The notes under the pieces were generated by a model. It did no database searches and was not told the DNA's origin. It saw only the letters and a program-made list of their open reading frames with translations. Positions 37,395 to 49,982 of a stretch of 64,000 nt of DNA are shown in pieces. Both the position numbers and the translations under genes were made by a program. This DNA comes from Escherichia coli. GTDB taxonomy: Bacteria; Pseudomonadota; Gammaproteobacteria; Enterobacterales; Enterobacteriaceae. The DNA lies in assembly GCF_022846255.1 (NCBI RefSeq), contig NZ_AP025682.1; one strand, written 5' to 3'. How positions within the stretch are numbered: position 1 is the first letter of the stretch; each line of letters opens with the position of its first letter.

Positions 37395-38108
37395 ATGAAT
37401 GTTAATTACCTGAATGATTCAGATCTGGATTTTCTCCAGCATTGTAGTGAGGAACAGTTGGCAAATTTCGCCCGGCTGCTCACCCATAATGAAAAAGGCA
37501 AAACTCGCCTCTCCAGCGTACTGATGCGCAACGAACTGTTTAAATCGATGGAAGGACATCCCGAGCGACACCGCCGCAACTGGCAGCTGATTGCCGGAGA
37601 ATTACAGCATTTTGGTGGCGATAGTATCGCCAACAAACTGCGCGGACACGGTAAATTGTATCGCGCCATTTTGCTCGATGTTTCAAAGCGATTGAAGCTG
37701 AAAGCCGACAAAGAGATGTCTACGTTTGAAATTGAGCAACAGTTACTGGAACAATTTCTGCGTAATACCTGGAAGAAAATGGACGAGGAACATAAGCAGG
37801 AGTTTCTGCACGCGGTCGATGCCAGGGTGAATGAGCTGGAAGAGCTGCTGCCGCTGCTGATGAAAGACAAATTATTGGCAAAAGGTGTGTCGCATTTGCT
37901 TTCCAGCCAATTGACCCGCATTTTACGCACCCACGCAGCAATGAGCGTGCTTGGGCATGGTTTGCTGCGCGGCGCGGGTCTGGGAGGCCCTGTGGGCGCA
38001 GCATTAAATGGGGTTAAAGCGGTCAGCGGCAGTGCCTATCGCGTGACAATTCCAGCCGTACTGCAAATCGCCTGCCTGCGCCGGATGGTTAGCGCCACTC
38101 AGGTCTGA
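37395..38108 (+). CDS. yaaW: protein YaaW (DUF3944)
   Basis: 237-aa ORF in K-12 position. Confidence 0.85.
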   Translation: MNVNYLNDSDLDFLQHCSEEQLANFARLLTHNEKGKTRLSSVLMRNELFKSMEGHPERHRRNWQLIAGELQHFGGDSIANKLRGHGKLYRAILLDVSKRLKLKADKEMSTFEIEQQLLEQFLRNTWKKMDEEHKQEFLHAVDARVNELEELLPLLMKDKLLAKGVSHLLSSQLTRILRTHAAMSVLGHGLLRGAGLGGPVGAALNGVKAVSGSAYRVTIPAVLQIACLRRMVSATQV

Positions 38109-38256
38109 TACCGGAAACCGGGGAAAATTTTCATTTTCCCCTCAAAAGATCGTAGACACTGCCCCACTGGCTGATTATTATGCCGCGCCCTGAAAACACT
38201 ACAGTTATTCAGGGAAATTATTTCACCATTCATTCGATGATGATTTTTGAGGAATT

Positions 38257-38823
38257 ATGGGCAACACTAAGTTGGCTAATCCGGCACCGCTGGGCCTGAT
38301 GGGCTTCGGCATGACCACCATTCTGCTTAACCTGCACAACGTGGGTTATTTTGCTCTGGACGGTATTATTCTTGCCATGGGCATTTTCTACGGCGGCATC
38401 GCGCAAATTTTTGCCGGTCTGCTGGAGTACAAAAAAGGCAACACTTTCGGTTTAACCGCATTCACCTCTTACGGTTCTTTCTGGCTGACGCTGGTTGCAA
38501 TTCTGCTGATGCCGAAACTGGGGCTGACCGATGCGCCAAATGCCCAGTTCCTTGGTGTCTACCTGGGTCTGTGGGGCGTATTTACGCTGTTTATGTTCTT
38601 CGGCACGCTGAAAGGCGCACGCGTTCTGCAATTCGTTTTCTTTAGCCTGACCGTGCTGTTTGCCCTGCTGGCGATCGGTAACATTGCCGGTAACGCCGCG
38701 ATCATCCACTTTGCCGGCTGGATTGGTCTTATCTGCGGTGCCAGTGCAATCTATCTGGCGATGGGTGAAGTGCTGAACGAGCAGTTTGGTCGCACCGTTC
38801 TGCCGATTGGTGAGTCTCACTAA
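38257..38823 (+). CDS. satP: acetate/succinate:H+ symporter SatP (YaaH)
   Basis: 188-aa six-TM ORF. Confidence 0.9.
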   Translation: MGNTKLANPAPLGLMGFGMTTILLNLHNVGYFALDGIILAMGIFYGGIAQIFAGLLEYKKGNTFGLTAFTSYGSFWLTLVAILLMPKLGLTDAPNAQFLGVYLGLWGVFTLFMFFGTLKGARVLQFVFFSLTVLFALLAIGNIAGNAAIIHFAGWIGLICGASAIYLAMGEVLNEQFGRTVLPIGESH

Positions 38824-38830
38824 TTGTTTT

Positions 38831-38860
38831 GAGATCCCCCCGCTCGGGGGGATTTTTTTA
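38831..38860. terminator. bidirectional rho-independent terminator between satP and mog
   Basis: gatccccccgctcggggggatc hairpin flanked by T run. Confidence 0.7.
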
Positions 38861-39445
38861 TTCGCTAACTTCGCGTCTTGCACTCTTCGGTCTGAATGCA
38901 GCAACCACTTCCGGTGCCGTTTCAACGTATGGCCCTTCCAGCAACTGAATGCAGTACGGTACGCTGGCAAAAATACCGTGCACCACAACGTTACCCTCAG
39001 CGTCCTTCACACCTTCCAGCGTCTCTTTAATAGACTTCGGTTGACCGGGTAAGTTAAGGATCAGCGCCTGTTTGCGAATCACCCCCACCTGACGCGAAAG
39101 GATCGCAGTTGGTACAAAATGCAGGCTGATCTGGCGCATCTGTTCACCAAAGCCTGGCATCTCGCGGTCCGCTACTGCCAGCGTCGCATCGGGCGTTACG
39201 TCACGACGCGCCGGGCCAGTTCCGCCCGTGGTGAGCACCAGATGGCAACTCATTTCATCCACCAGCTCACACAACGTTTGCTCGATGATCGCCTGCTCAT
39301 CGGGGATTAAGCGGGTTTCCAGTTCAAACGGCGTGGTTAGCGCCGATGTCAGCCATTCTTCCAGCGCAGGGATGCCTTTATCCTGATAAACGCCGCTGGA
39401 TGCGCGATCAGAGATGGAAACTAAGCCAATACGTAAAGTATTCAT
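38858..39445 (-). CDS. mog: molybdopterin adenylyltransferase MogA
   Basis: ORF 38858..39448; start at second Met (MNTLRIGLVSISD), 195 aa. Confidence 0.93.
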   Translation of the reverse strand: MNTLRIGLVSISDRASSGVYQDKGIPALEEWLTSALTTPFELETRLIPDEQAIIEQTLCELVDEMSCHLVLTTGGTGPARRDVTPDATLAVADREMPGFGEQMRQISLHFVPTAILSRQVGVIRKQALILNLPGQPKSIKETLEGVKDAEGNVVVHGIFASVPYCIQLLEGPYVETAPEVVAAFRPKSARREVSE

Positions 39446-39559
39446 CAAGATTTTTCCGTTTAAACAGTCTCGTTAAACAGAATGATACACTGCGAAGGGA
39501 GTGACAGACAGGTTTCAGAAGAGGTAGCGTGACCGACTTCCCGGTCACGCTAAGAATGA

Positions 39560-40513
39560 TTACAGCAGATCGCCGATCATTTTTTCCAGTTTTTCCTGGT
39601 CAACAGCAAACTTACGGATACCTTCCGCCAGTTTATCTACTGCCATTGGATCCTGGTTGTGCTGCCACAGGAACTCGGACTCAGTGATACGCGCCGGACG
39701 CGCTTTCACTTCACCAGTGTAAGACAGTTTACGTTCGATAGCCCCTTCGCTCTCCGCCAGCTCTTTCAGCAGTGCCGGTGCGATGGTCAGACGGTCGCAG
39801 CCTGCCAGTTCCAGAATTTCGCCGATGTTACGGAAGCTTGCGCCCATAACCACGGTTTCATAACCATGCTCTTTGTAGTACTGGTAGATTTCAGATACAG
39901 AAACCACGCCCGGATCTTCTGCCGGAGCGTACTCTTTCTTATCGGTATTCGCTTTGTACCAGTCAAGAATACGGCCAACAAACGGCGAGATCAGGAACAC
40001 GCCCGCTTCCGCACAAGCACGAGCCTGAGCGAAGGAGAACAGCAGGGTCAGGTTACAGTTGATGCCTTCTTTTTCCAGCTGTTCCGCAGCACGGATACCC
40101 TGCCAGGTAGAAGCCAGTTTGATCAGAATACGATCGTTGCTAATACCTGCATCGTTGTAGAGTTTGATCAGGCGTTTTGCTTTCGCAATTGACGCTTCGG
40201 TGTCATAGGAAAGACGCGCATCAACTTCAGTTGAGATACGGCCCGGAACCAGTTTCAGGATTTCCAGACCAATATTTACGGCCAGTTTGTCGGTCGCGTC
40301 CACGATCTGCTGCGCGCGATCGTTGCTCTGCTGTTTCGCCCAGGCGACAGCATCATCAATCAACTTACGGTATTCCGGAATCTGCGCTGCGTTAAGAATG
40401 AGAGAAGGGTTGGTTGTGGCATCCTGCGGTTGATACAGCTTCATTGCCGCGATGTCCCCAGTGTCGGCCACTACGGTGGTGTACTGACGAAGGGAGGTCA
40501 ATTTGTCCGTCAT
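39560..40513 (-). CDS. talB: transaldolase B
   Basis: ORF 39560..40576; start placed at [10 protein letters not shown] (317 aa). Confidence 0.95.
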
Positions 40514-40791
40514 GATAGTATTTCTCTTTAAACAGCTTGTTAGGGGGATGTAACCGGTCTGCCCTGATGATATCACGACGCAACGTCAGCGCAACCGCCG
40601 ACAAGACGGTTATCGCCAGGCGAGACTGTTTCGGATTTCTGACACTGCGTTGATATCGCCCGCCATTTTTATACAAAACCTCATGTATGCTACGCAGAAG
40701 TTATCAAGTACCTCGTAGCGTATATACTTCTTAAACAATTGGTAACGTTTACACAGGAAAGTCATCGCGACCGGCAATAAGAGGGATATGC

Positions 40792-42222
40792 ATGCCAGAT
40801 TTTTTCTCCTTTATTAACAGCGTCCTTTGGGGATCGGTAATGATTTACCTGCTCTTCGGCGCAGGTTGTTGGTTCACTTTTCGCACCGGATTTGTGCAGT
40901 TTCGCTACATCCGCCAGTTTGGCAAAAGTCTTAAAAATAGCATTCATCCACAGCCAGGCGGTTTAACCTCATTTCAGTCATTGTGTACCAGTCTTGCAGC
41001 GCGCGTGGGTAGCGGCAACCTGGCCGGCGTTGCGCTGGCAATTACCGCCGGTGGACCTGGAGCCGTCTTCTGGATGTGGGTTGCCGCATTTATCGGCATG
41101 GCGACCTCGTTTGCCGAATGTTCCCTCGCACAGCTTTATAAAGAACGTGATGCCAATGGGCAGTTTCGTGGCGGACCGGCATGGTATATGGCGCGCGGGC
41201 TGGGGATGCGCTGGATGGGCGTTCTGTTCGCCGTCTTTTTGCTCATCGCCTACGCCATAATTTTCAGCGGAGTTCAGGCGAACGCCGTTGCGCGAGCTCT
41301 GAGTTTTTCTTTTGATTTTCCCCCGCTGGTAACAGGTATTATTCTCGCTGTCTTTGCTCTGCTGGCGATCACTCGCGGTCTTCATGGCGTCGCCCGGCTC
41401 ATGCAGGGGTTTGTCCCGTTGATGGCGATAATCTGGGTACTGACCTGCCTGGTGATTTGCGTAATGAATATCGGGCAACTTCCCCACGTCATTTGGTCTA
41501 TTTTTGAGAGTGCTTTTGGCTGGCAGGAAGCTGCAGGCGGCGCGGCGGGATATACCTTAAGCCAGGCGATTACTAACGGTTTTCAGCGCAGTATGTTTTC
41601 CAATGAGGCGGGAATGGGGTCGACGCCAAACGCGGCAGCGGCAGCTGCGTCCTGGCCTCCGCATCCGGCAGCGCAAGGAATTGTCCAGATGATTGGCATT
41701 TTTATCGACACCCTGGTCATCTGCACGGCAAGCGCCATGCTGATATTACTGGCGGGTAACGGCACAACCTACATGCCGCTGGAAGGTATTCAGCTTATCC
41801 AGAAGGCGATGCGGGTGCTAATGGGTTCCTGGGGTGCGGAGTTTGTTACCCTCGTGGTTATTCTGTTTGCCTTCAGCTCCATCGTTGCCAACTACATTTA
41901 TGCCGAAAACAATCTCTTCTTTTTACGCCTGAACAACCCTAAAGCGATCTGGTGTCTGCGGATCTGCACCTTCGCAACGGTCATCGGCGGCACCTTGCTA
42001 AGTTTTCCGCTGATGTGGCAACTGGCAGATATCATTATGGCCTGCATGGCTATTACCAATTTGACCGCCATATTACTGCTCTCGCCTGTGGTTCATACCA
42101 TTGCCAGTGATTATCTACGCCAGCGTAAACTCGGCGTGCGCCCGGTGTTTGATCCGTTGCGTTATCCGGAGATCGGTCGCCAGCTTTCTCCAGACGCGTG
42201 GGATGATGTTTCGCAGGAGTAA
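40792..42222 (+). CDS. yaaJ: alanine/glycine:cation symporter family transporter YaaJ
   Basis: 476-aa polytopic membrane ORF. Confidence 0.9.
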   Translation: MPDFFSFINSVLWGSVMIYLLFGAGCWFTFRTGFVQFRYIRQFGKSLKNSIHPQPGGLTSFQSLCTSLAARVGSGNLAGVALAITAGGPGAVFWMWVAAFIGMATSFAECSLAQLYKERDANGQFRGGPAWYMARGLGMRWMGVLFAVFLLIAYAIIFSGVQANAVARALSFSFDFPPLVTGIILAVFALLAITRGLHGVARLMQGFVPLMAIIWVLTCLVICVMNIGQLPHVIWSIFESAFGWQEAAGGAAGYTLSQAITNGFQRSMFSNEAGMGSTPNAAAAAASWPPHPAAQGIVQMIGIFIDTLVICTASAMLILLAGNGTTYMPLEGIQLIQKAMRVLMGSWGAEFVTLVVILFAFSSIVANYIYAENNLFFLRLNNPKAIWCLRICTFATVIGGTLLSFPLMWQLADIIMACMAITNLTAILLLSPVVHTIASDYLRQRKLGVRPVFDPLRYPEIGRQLSPDAWDDVSQE

Positions 42223-42291
42223 TCACAACTATCGATCAACTCATTCTCTTTTTTTGCTAAAGTCGGCATAAATTTCCTGCAAGGACTGGAT

Positions 42292-43068
42292 ATGCTGATT
42301 CTTATTTCACCTGCGAAAACGCTTGATTACCAAAGCCCGTTGACCACCACGCGCTATACGCTGCCGGAGCTGTTAGACAACTCCCAGCAGCTGATCCATG
42401 AAGCGCGGAAACTGACGCCCCCGCAGATTAGCTCCCTGATGCGCATCAGCGACAAACTGGCGGGTATCAACGCCGCTCGCTTTCATGACTGGCAGCCAGA
42501 TTTCACACCGGAGAATGCCCGCCAGGCAATTCTGGCGTTTAAAGGTGATGTCTACACTGGCTTGCAGGCCGAAACCTTCAGCGAAGACGATTTCGATTTT
42601 GCCCAACAGCATTTGCGAATGCTTTCCGGCTTGTATGGCGTACTGCGCCCGCTCGATTTAATGCAGCCTTATCGTCTGGAAATGGGGATACGTCTTGAGA
42701 ATGCCCGAGGGAAAGATCTGTATCAATTCTGGGGAGATATCATCAACAACAAGCTGAACGAGGCGCTCGCAGCACAAGGCGATAATGTAGTGATAAATCT
42801 GGCGTCAGATGAGTATTTTAAATCGGTGAAGCCGAAGAAATTGAATGCCGAGATTATCAAACCAGTGTTCCTCGATGAGAAGAACGGCAAATTTAAGATA
42901 ATCAGCTTCTACGCTAAGAAAGCACGCGGTCTGATGAGTCGTTTCATTATTGAAAATCGGCTGACCAAACCAGAGCAACTGACTGGTTTTAATAGCGAAG
43001 GTTACTTCTTTGATGAAGCTTCCTCCAGCAATGGCGAACTGGTGTTTAAACGCTACGAGCAGCGTTAA
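42292..43068 (+). CDS. yaaA: peroxide stress protein YaaA
   Basis: 258-aa [16 protein letters not shown]... Confidence 0.92.
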   Translation: MLILISPAKTLDYQSPLTTTRYTLPELLDNSQQLIHEARKLTPPQISSLMRISDKLAGINAARFHDWQPDFTPENARQAILAFKGDVYTGLQAETFSEDDFDFAQQHLRMLSGLYGVLRPLDLMQPYRLEMGIRLENARGKDLYQFWGDIINNKLNEALAAQGDNVVINLASDEYFKSVKPKKLNAEIIKPVFLDEKNGKFKIISFYAKKARGLMSRFIIENRLTKPEQLTGFNSEGYFFDEASSSNGELVFKRYEQR

Positions 43069-43107
43069 GTTTGTAGTCAATGCCGGATGGTAATCCGGCA
43101 TTGATAT

Positions 43108-43404
43108 TTAGCGATGATGTTTGTCCGGCTCCGGACGATGATCGCCACGATGATCATTGTGCTTGTTATGGCGCGGCGATGGCGGCGGTCCATATGGGTG
43201 CCAGCGATTGCCTCGCCATTCATAATGTTGTTTCCACCAGCCGTGGTCGCGCCAGTGACCGCCATCCCAGTAATAGCCACGATTATCACGATCGCCTATC
43301 TGTAATTTTACTGACGGGACTAGCGTAATTTCCGCAGCCTGCGCTGCCATGGGAGCGACCAGAACCAGGGAAAGTGCGAGTACGATAGATTGCATCTTTT
43401 TCAC
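43108..43404 (-). CDS. yaaX: secreted His/Trp/Arg-rich protein YaaX (DUF2502)
   Basis: 98-aa ORF with signal peptide. Confidence 0.85.
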   Translation of the reverse strand: MKKMQSIVLALSLVLVAPMAAQAAEITLVPSVKLQIGDRDNRGYYWDGGHWRDHGWWKQHYEWRGNRWHPYGPPPSPRHNKHNDHRGDHRPEPDKHHR

Positions 43405-43617
43405 AGGTTACTCCTTTTATCATTGCCCGTTATGGGTCGATATCCGGAGATTACGCGATGAGAACGGCAGTTGTTATTCTCCGCAATCCTAATCTCTAAG
43501 TTACCGCATTTATTGAGAATTTCTCCTTTTTCCCTGTCGTTTTTCTCCATATTTTCTTCATAAAAAAGCCGGGCTGCATAAAAGCAAACCCGGCCTGATT
43601 GAGATAATGAATAGACG

Positions 43618-44904
43618 TTACTGATGATTCATCATCAATTTACGCAACGCAGCAAAATCGGCGGGCAGGTTATGCGAAAGCAAGGGTAAATCAGCACGTT
43701 CTGCCAGCTCTTTTGGCAGATCCAACGTTTCACCGAGAATCGCTTCCACGCTCTCTTTAAATTTCGCCGGATGCGCGGTGCCGAGGAACAAGCCATATTC
43801 GCCTGGATTCAACTGGTCACGCAGCGCACGATAAGCTACGGCAGCGTGCGGCTCCGAGGTATAGCCCAGTTCTTTTAACTCACGCATTGTCTGTTGCGTG
43901 GTTTCATCATCCACGGCTGCATACCCCAGCTCTTTCAGTTGCCAGATTTTGCGGCGGAACAACTCTTCCACACGCGGCCAGTTGTTTGGCTGGCTAACAT
44001 CCATCGCATTGGATAACGTCGCCTGAGTCGCTTTGGGTGACCACTGACCGTCGTGCAGGAAACGTGGTACGGTATCGTTCACGTTGGTCGCAGCAATAAA
44101 ACGTTTTACCGGCAGACCGAGTGACTTCGCCAGCAGACCTGCCGTTAAATCACCGAAGTTTCCACTCGGTACCGAGACAACCAACTGGTTACGTGCTTCT
44201 TGCGGCAACTGTGCGACAGCCTCAAAGTAATAACAAATCTGCGCCAGCAAGCGACTGATGTTGATGGAGTTAGCAGAATTCAGCCCCAGCGCCACTTTCA
44301 GTTCTTCATCATCAAACGCCTGCTTCACCAGCGCCTGACAGGCATCGAAATCGCCGTCGATGGCAACAGTTTCGATATTGCCGCCCAATGTACAGAACAG
44401 TTTTTCTTGCAGTGGACTGATTTTGCCTCGTGGATAGAGGATAACCACTTTCACATTCGGTAAACCGTAGAAAGCATGAGCCACTGCCGCTCCAGTATCA
44501 CCAGATGTCGCGGTCAGAATGGTCACTGGCTTATCGCCCGCAATATGGGTCAGCATTTGTGCCATAAAGCGACCGCCGAAATCTTTAAATGCCAGCGTTG
44601 GCCCGTGAAACAACTCCAGACAACCGACATCGCTTTCAACATTGGCGACCGGAGCCGGGAAGGCAAACGCCGCGCGTACGCGCTCTTCCAGGATTTCCTG
44701 CGGGATTTCATCACCAATAAACGCCGAGAGGATCTTCGCACTGCGGGTGACAAAATCCAGCTTCAGCATCTCATCAATTTCAGTCAGGCTGAATTCCGGC
44801 AGGTCGTGCGGGAAAAACAGCCCCTGATTTTTGCCCAACCCCTGGGTTACGGCTTGCGCAAAGCTGACCTGCTCATTGTGATCTTTCAGATTGTAGAGTT
44901 TCAT
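43618..44904 (-). CDS. thrC: threonine synthase
   Basis: 428-aa ORF. Confidence 0.97.
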   Translation of the reverse strand: MKLYNLKDHNEQVSFAQAVTQGLGKNQGLFFPHDLPEFSLTEIDEMLKLDFVTRSAKILSAFIGDEIPQEILEERVRAAFAFPAPVANVESDVGCLELFHGPTLAFKDFGGRFMAQMLTHIAGDKPVTILTATSGDTGAAVAHAFYGLPNVKVVILYPRGKISPLQEKLFCTLGGNIETVAIDGDFDACQALVKQAFDDEELKVALGLNSANSINISRLLAQICYYFEAVAQLPQEARNQLVVSVPSGNFGDLTAGLLAKSLGLPVKRFIAATNVNDTVPRFLHDGQWSPKATQATLSNAMDVSQPNNWPRVEELFRRKIWQLKELGYAAVDDETTQQTMRELKELGYTSEPHAAVAYRALRDQLNPGEYGLFLGTAHPAKFKESVEAILGETLDLPKELAERADLPLLSHNLPADFAALRKLMMNHQ

Positions 44905-45837
44905 TTAGTTTTCCAGTACTCGTGCGCCCGCCGTATCCAGCCGGCAAATATGAACAAAACCTTCCTGATTTTGCAGGTAGTTCTTACCCAACCAGTCGGC
45001 AACGCGCTGGGCGGTATCCGGCTTGTCACACAGAGCGAACAAAGTCGGGCCGGAGCCGGAGATACCGCTCGCTACCGCGCCGATTTCCGCAACCGCCTGC
45101 CGCGCCTGCCGGAAGCCTGGCAGTAACCGTTCACGGTAGGGTTCAGCGATAACATCTTTCATCAGCTTCGCGGCAAGCTCAGGCTGACGGGAATAGCAGG
45201 CGTGAATGAAGCCTGCCAGATGTCGCCCGTGCGCAATGCAATCCTGGCGGCGATACTGCGCCGGTAAAATAGCCCTGGCTTCTGCCGTCGAGACTTTAAT
45301 CCCCGGATACGCCAGCACCCACAGCCACTCATCAAACCCTGGCACTTGCTGACTGATGATGTCGTTTTCTTCAATCATCAACTGCATACCACCAAGAAAA
45401 CACGGTGCCACGTTGTCGTAATGAATGCTGCCGGAGATACGCCCTTCCAACTCGCCCATCAAAGCCAGCAAACGAGTGTCATTAAGCGGCTTGCCGCAGT
45501 GTTCATTCATCGCCATCAGCGCCGCGACCACTGAACAGGCGCTGGAGCCTAAGCCCGAACCGATCGGCATATTCTTTTCCAGAGTCATCGCCACTGGAAT
45601 TTGCTTGCCAAGCTCCTGGCAAAAACGCTCCCAGCACTGATAAACGATATTTTCCCGTGGCTCTGACGGCAGCTTATCGGCAAAGCGTCCGAGGTTGTTG
45701 AGACTGAATGTCTCTGCCGCCTCAACCGTGACTACATCTCCGAGCAATGCACCATCAACAGGTGTCACCGCCGCCCCGAGCACATCAAACCCGACGCTCA
45801 TATTGGCACTGGAAGCCGGGGCATAAACTTTAACCAT
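44905..45837 (-). CDS. thrB: homoserine kinase
   Basis: 310-aa ORF. Confidence 0.97.
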
Positions 45838-45838
45838 G

Positions 45839-48301
45839 TCAGACTCCTAACTTCCATGAGAGGGTACGTAGCAGATCAGCAAAGACACCGGCAGCTGTAA
45901 CGTCATTGCCCGCACCATATCCGCGCAGTACCAACGGCAGCGGCTGATAATAGTGGCTATAGAAGGCCAGGGCGTTTTCGCCATTTTTCACTTTGAACAG
46001 CGGATCATTACCATCCACTTCGGCAATCTTCACGCGGCAGACGCCATCTTCATCAATATTGCCAACATAGCGCAAAACTTTTCCTTCATCACGGGCCTTC
46101 GCCACACGCGCGGCAAAGAGATCGTCGAGCTGTGACAGATTCGCCATAAAAGCGGCGACATCACCCTCGGCGTTAAACTCTGCGGGCAGCACAGGTTCAA
46201 TTTCAATATCCGCCAGCTCCAGTTCACGTCCCGTTTCACGAGCGAGAATCAATAGCTTACGCGCCACATCCATACCAGAAAGATCATCTCGCGGGTCCGG
46301 TTCGGTATAACCCATTTCCCGCGCCAGTGTGGTCGCCTCGGAGAAACTCATGCCTTCGTCTAACTTGCCGAAGATATAAGAAAGCGAACCTGAAAGAATG
46401 CCGGAGAACTTCACCAATTCATCACCTGCATTTAACAGATTTTGCAGGTTCTCAATAACCGGTAATCCAGCCCCAACGTTGGTGTCATAGAGGAATTTAC
46501 GCCGCGATTTTTCCGCCGCATGACGCAACAGATGGTAGTAATCCATCGACGAGGTGTTAGCCTTTTTGTTCGGCGTGACGACGTGGAAACCTTCGCGCAG
46601 GAAGTCAGCATACTGATCCGCCACTGCCTGGCTGGAAGTGCAGTCAACAATGACCGGGTTCAGCAGATGATATTCTTTCACGAGGCGAATTAAGCGCCCG
46701 AGATTAAACGGCTCTTTGGCTTGCGCCAGTTCTTCCTGCCAGTTTTCCAGATTAAGGCCATGTACATTGGTGAGCAGAGCCTTCGAGTTGGCAACACCGC
46801 AGACACGTAAGTCGATATGTTTATTCTTCAGCCAGCTTTGCTGACGCTTCAGTTGCTCCAGCAGCGCACCGCCAACGCCACCGACGCCAATCACAAACAC
46901 TTCGATAACCTGATCGGTATTGAACAGCATCTGATGAGTAACGCGCACGCCAGTGGTCGCATCATCGTTATTTACCACGACAGAGATTGAGCGTTCAGAA
47001 GATCCCTGAGCAATGGCGACAATGTTGATATTGGCGCGGGCCAGTGCGGCAAAGAATTTCGCCGAGATCCCACGCAAGGTGCGCATACCATCACCTACCA
47101 CCGAGATAATGGCCAGCCGTTCCGTCACTGCCAGCGGCTCCAGTAAGCCTTCTTTCAGTTCCAGGTAGAACTCTTCCTGCATTGCCCGTTCAGCTCGCAC
47201 ACAGTCGCTTTGTGGAACGCAGAAACTGATGCTGTATTCGGAAGATGATTGCGTAATCAGCACCACGGAAATACGGGCGCGTGACATCGCTGCAAAGACG
47301 CGCGCCGCCATGCCAACCATCCCTTTCATCCCCGGGCCGGAAACGCTGAACATTGCCATGTTATTCAGATTGGAAATGCCCTTGACCGGTAATTCGTCTT
47401 CATCACGGCTGGCACCAATGAGCGTACCTGGTGCTTGAGGATTTCCGGTATTTTTAATCAGGCAAGGGATCTGGAACTGGGCGATGGGGGTAATGGTGCG
47501 GGGGTGAAGAACTTTAGCGCCGAAATAGGAAAGCTCCATCGCTTCCTGGTAGGACATCGACTTCAACAACCTCGCATCGGGCACCTGACGCGGGTCGCAG
47601 GTATAGACCCCGTCAACGTCCGTCCAAATCTCGCAACAATCGGCGCGTAAACAGGCAGCCAGCACCGCCGCGGAGTAGTCGGAACCGTTGCGTCCAAGCA
47701 CCACCAGTTCGCCTTTTTCATTACCGGCGGTGAAACCTGCCATCAGCACCATGTGATCAGCCGGAATACGACTTGCCGCGATACGGCGAGTGGACTCAGC
47801 AATATCGACGGTAGATTCGAGGTAATGCCCCACTGCCAGCAGTTTTTCGACCGGATCGATAACGGTAACGTTGTGACCACGCGCTTCTAACACGCCGGCC
47901 ATAATGGCGATCGACATTTTCTCGCCACGGCAAATCAGCGCAGCGTTGATGCTATCCGGGCACTGCCCCAACAAACTGATGCCATGCAGGACATGTTTTA
48001 TTTGGGCAAATTCCTGGTCGACGAAAGTTTTCAATTGTGCCAGCGGAAATCCCGGCTGGGCGGCGGCGAGTCCCGTCAGAAGTTCGGCAAAAATACGTTC
48101 GGCATCGCTGATATTGGGTAAAGCATCCTGGCCGCTAATGGTTTTTTCAATCATCGCTACCAGATGGTTGGTGATTTTGGCGGGGGCAGAGAGGACGGTG
48201 GCCACCTGCCCCTGCCTGGCATTGCTTTCCAGAATATCGGCAACCCGCAGAAAACGTTCTGCATTTGCCACTGATGTACCGCCGAACTTCAACACTCGCA
48301 T
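45839..48301 (-). CDS. thrA: bifunctional aspartokinase I / homoserine dehydrogenase I
   Basis: ORF 45839..48343; start placed at [11 protein letters not shown] (820 aa). Confidence 0.95.
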
Positions 48302-48327
48302 GGTTGTTACCTCGTTACCTTTGGTCG

Positions 48328-48366
48328 AAAAAAAAGCCCGCACTGTCAGGTGCGGGCTTTTTTCTG
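48328..48366 (-). terminator. thr operon attenuator terminator
   Basis: minus strand AAAAAAGCCCGCACCTGACAGTGCGGGCTTTTTTTT between thrL and thrA. Confidence 0.85.
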
Positions 48367-48381
48367 TGTTTCCTGTACGCG

Positions 48382-48450
<69 letters not shown>

Positions 48451-48494
48451 TGTTGTGTACTCTGTAATTTTTATCTGTCTGTGCGCTATGCCTA

Positions 48495-48530
48495 TATTGG
48501 TTAAAGTATTTAGTGACCTAAGTCAATAAA
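48495..48530 (-). promoter_or_regulatory. thr operon promoter
   Basis: minus strand TTGACTTAGGTCACTAAATACTTTAACC upstream of thrL. Confidence 0.55.
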
Positions 48531-48660
48531 ATTTTAATTTACTCACGGCAGGTAACCAGTTCAGAAGCTGCTATCAGACACTCTTTTTTTAATCCACACA
48601 GAGACATATTGCCCGTTGCAGTCAGAATGAAAAGCTGAAAATCACTTACTAAGGCGTTTT

Positions 48661-49347
48661 TTATTTGGTGATATTTTTTTCAATATCATGCAGCAAACGG
48701 TGCAACATTGCCGTGTCTCGTTGCTCTAAAAGCCCCAGGCGTTGTTGTAACCAGTCGACCAGTTTTATGTCATCTGCCACTGCCAGAGTCGTCAGCAATG
48801 TCATGGCTCGTTCGCGTAAAGCTTGCAGTTGATGTTGGTCTGCCGTTGTGTCACTTTTCGCCGGTTGTTGTATTAATGTTGCTAATTGATAGCAATAGAC
48901 CATCACTGCCTGCCCCAGATTGAGCGAAGGATAATCCGCCACCATCGGCACACCAGTAAGAACGTCAGCCAACGCTAACTCTTCGTTAGTCAGCCCGGAA
49001 TCTTCGCGACCAAACACCAGAGCGGCATGGCTCATCCATGAAGATTTTTCCTCTAACAGCGGCACCAGTTCTACTGGCGTAGCGTAGTAATGATATTTCG
49101 CCCGACTGCGCGCAGTGGTGGCAACAGTGAAATCGACATCGTGTAACGATTCAGCTAGTGTCTTGAAAACTTTAATATTATCAATAATATCACCAGATCC
49201 ATGTGCGACCCAGCGGGTGGCTGGCTCCAGGTGTGCCTGACTATCAACAATCCGCAGTTCGCTAAAACCCATCGTTTTCATTGCCCGCGCCGCTGCCCCA
49301 ATATTTTCTGCTCTGGCGGGTGCAACCAGAATAATCGTTATACGCAT
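48661..49347 (-). CDS. yjtD: SpoU/TrmH-family RNA methyltransferase YjtD (LasT)
   Basis: ORF 48661..49368; start placed at MRITIILVAPARAENIGAAARAMKTMGF. Confidence 0.88.
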   Translation of the reverse strand: MRITIILVAPARAENIGAAARAMKTMGFSELRIVDSQAHLEPATRWVAHGSGDIIDNIKVFKTLAESLHDVDFTVATTARSRAKYHYYATPVELVPLLEEKSSWMSHAALVFGREDSGLTNEELALADVLTGVPMVADYPSLNLGQAVMVYCYQLATLIQQPAKSDTTADQHQLQALRERAMTLLTTLAVADDIKLVDWLQQRLGLLEQRDTAMLHRLLHDIEKNITK

Positions 49348-49746
49348 ATTGCCACTCTTCTTGACCAAATAACCGCGAACAGGGTGATCATTGTCAACTT
49401 ATTACGCGTTGCGAATTTACAAATTCTTAACGTAAGTCGCAGGAAAAGCCCTTTGCTTAGCTTAAAAAAAGCTAAACTATTTCCTGACTGTACTAACGAT
49501 TGAATTGTTAAAAAATGCTACATATCCTTCTGTTTACTTAGGATAATTTTATAAAAAATAAATCTCGATAATTGGATTCACCACGTTTATTAGTTGTATG
49601 AAGCAACTAGTTGGATTATTAAAATAATGTGACGAAAGCTAGCATTTAGATACGATCATTTCATCAAACTGTTAACGTGCTACAATTGAACTTGATATAT
49701 GTCAACGAAGCGTAGTTTTATTGGGTGTCCTGCCCCTCTTAGCCTG

Positions 49747-49887
49747 TTATATTGCTGTTAAAATGGTTAGGATGACAGCCGTTTTTGACACTGTCGGGTC
49801 CTGAGGGAAAGTACCCACGACCAAGCTAATGATGTTGTTGACGTTGATGGAAAGTGCATCAAGAACGCAATTACGTACTTTAGTCAT
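49747..49887 (-). CDS. yjjY: small protein YjjY
   Basis: 46-aa minus-strand ORF MTKVRNCVLDALSINVNNIISLVVGTFPQDPTVSKTAVILTILTAI between yjtD and arcA; below the ORF-track length cut-off. Confidence 0.5.
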   Translation of the reverse strand: MTKVRNCVLDALSINVNNIISLVVGTFPQDPTVSKTAVILTILTAI

Positions 49888-49982
49888 GTTACGCCGATCA
49901 TGTTAATTTGCAGCATGCATCAGGCAGGTCAGGGACTTTTGTACTTCCTGTTTCGATTTAGTTGGCAATTTAGGTAGCAAAC